A DNA stretch of 64,000 nucleotides from Bispira polyomma. Taxonomy: Eukaryota. The notes under the pieces are model-generated. The model had not been told where the DNA came from, searched no databases, and was given only the letters and a program-made list of their open reading frames with translations. A program made the position numbers and the translations under genes. Below, in pieces: positions 62,955-64,000 of the stretch. The stretch is taken from contig OZ287748.1 in NCBI GenBank assembly GCA_965649765.1, positions 16,616,001-16,680,000 of the forward strand, given 5' to 3'. Position 1 is the stretch's first letter. Each line of letters begins with the position of its first letter.

Positions 62955-63271
62955 ATGAAGATGTCAGATTCTGAAGATGATTTTCTGGAAGATATGGTTG
63001 TGGCCTTGTGGTTTACGGGTCAGAAGGTACAGAAACCTAGGAAAAGGAGAAAATGGATGCATAATGTCTATGAAAGAAGAGAAAAGGCAGGGGAGTACTA
63101 CCACCTGGTGAAGGAATTACAGTTAGATGGGGAGATGTTTAAGTCCTATTTTAGAGTATCCAGGGAGCAGTTTAGACAACTACTATGTCTGGTAGAGTGT
63201 GATATAGCAAAGCAATCAACTCACATGAGGGAATGCATCAGTCCAAGGCAACGTTTGGTCATTACTCTAAG
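62955..63271 (+). mobile_element. N-terminal exon-like fragment of a PIF/Harbinger transposase
   Basis: RRKWMH..Y..R...GEYYHLVKEL..D...FKSYFRVSREQF..LL....I......R..ISP.QRL.ITLR followed by AG|GT; catalytic part not found in the window. Confidence 0.8.
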
Positions 63272-64000
63272 GTTAATATATTGTTTTAATAAAGTAAAAA
63301 TACTTATATGTACCCATCAAAATTTTGTACACCAAAGAAATCTTTTGCCAAGCAAACAGTGTTCACCATAAAAAGTGCTGACCACCACTTGTAGTTATAT
63401 ACACAAATTAGGTTGTACTATAGCTTATTTACCTTGTGTTTATCTATTCCTTTTTATAAATGTAAAATAATTAGTCCATACAAAGAAAAAAAAGGTTGAA
63501 AGGGATTAACTATGTTTTTATTTAGTCCTGTACCAGAAGAATTCAAAACTAACTTTTATTTCAACAAAGAAACACTTTCCTGCAATACATAAAACTACTT
63601 GTACAACACTCCACGAAATCCTAAATTATATAAAGTTGTCTGCCAATTCAGTCTTACTGCCTAAAGCTTTTCATATTAGGCATTATATTTTATGCTATAA
63701 AAATTTAACAGTGCCAAGACTAAAGTATTTTCAAAATATATAGATGACCTTTAATGATTTTTAAATTGCTCTTCGCACTGTTTTCAGGACATTTTTCATA
63801 TTTATAAAAAAATGCAAACATTCAAGATGGCCGTAAGAAACTTTCAATCTGGAAATTCAGGATAAACCAGTACACCCTACAGTGCTAAAAAGTAATTATT
63901 CTTTTATGATGTGACATTTGCGAGAAATCACAAATTTTGTACTCATGGATCCAATTCGGCCTTGAAGAATTGATCAGAGGTCAAATTTAACTTTCTTTTC

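Noticed and set aside
57796-63990. TUSC3 exon 1 or promoter (including CAAGATGGCCG near 63823)
   Set aside because: No signal-peptide exon with a phase-0 donor was found; the motif matches repeat-derived sequence and points the wrong way

Overview
AT-rich, repeat-dense animal genomic DNA, probably a lophotrochozoan or mollusc (inferred from gene content and repeat types). It is not prokaryotic and has no CRISPR array, rRNA or intact tRNA gene. Three spliced genes were reconstructed by hand. (1) A TUSC3/MAGT1 (OST3/OST6-family oligosaccharyltransferase subunit) orthologue on the minus strand: 10 coding exons from 57795 to 42270, 301 aa visible, first exon not found in the window, one U12-type intron. 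(2, 3) Two tail-to-tail paralogues of an uncharacterised secreted protein built as signal peptide + Asn/Met/Gln-rich linker + PAN/Apple domain(s) + C-terminal chitin-binding CBM14-like domain. The + copy (346-5430, 5' end outside the window) has one PAN exon; the - copy (26857-19174, 426 aa) has four. The rest is transposon debris: L2/CR1 and L1/Tx1 LINEs, a solo LTR, Gypsy, DIRS/Ngaro, Harbinger, MULE, hAT/Kolobok/Harbinger MITEs, SINEs, and a Helentron-type element carrying a ~142-bp satellite. Two signals stand out. (a) Three separate tandem arrays in TUSC3 are each built from one of the gene's own exon-intron junctions, so the real splice site sits next to a row of decoy copies. (b) The four tandem PAN exons have highly divergent loops while the introns between them are near-identical. 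All identities and copy numbers were counted by eye.
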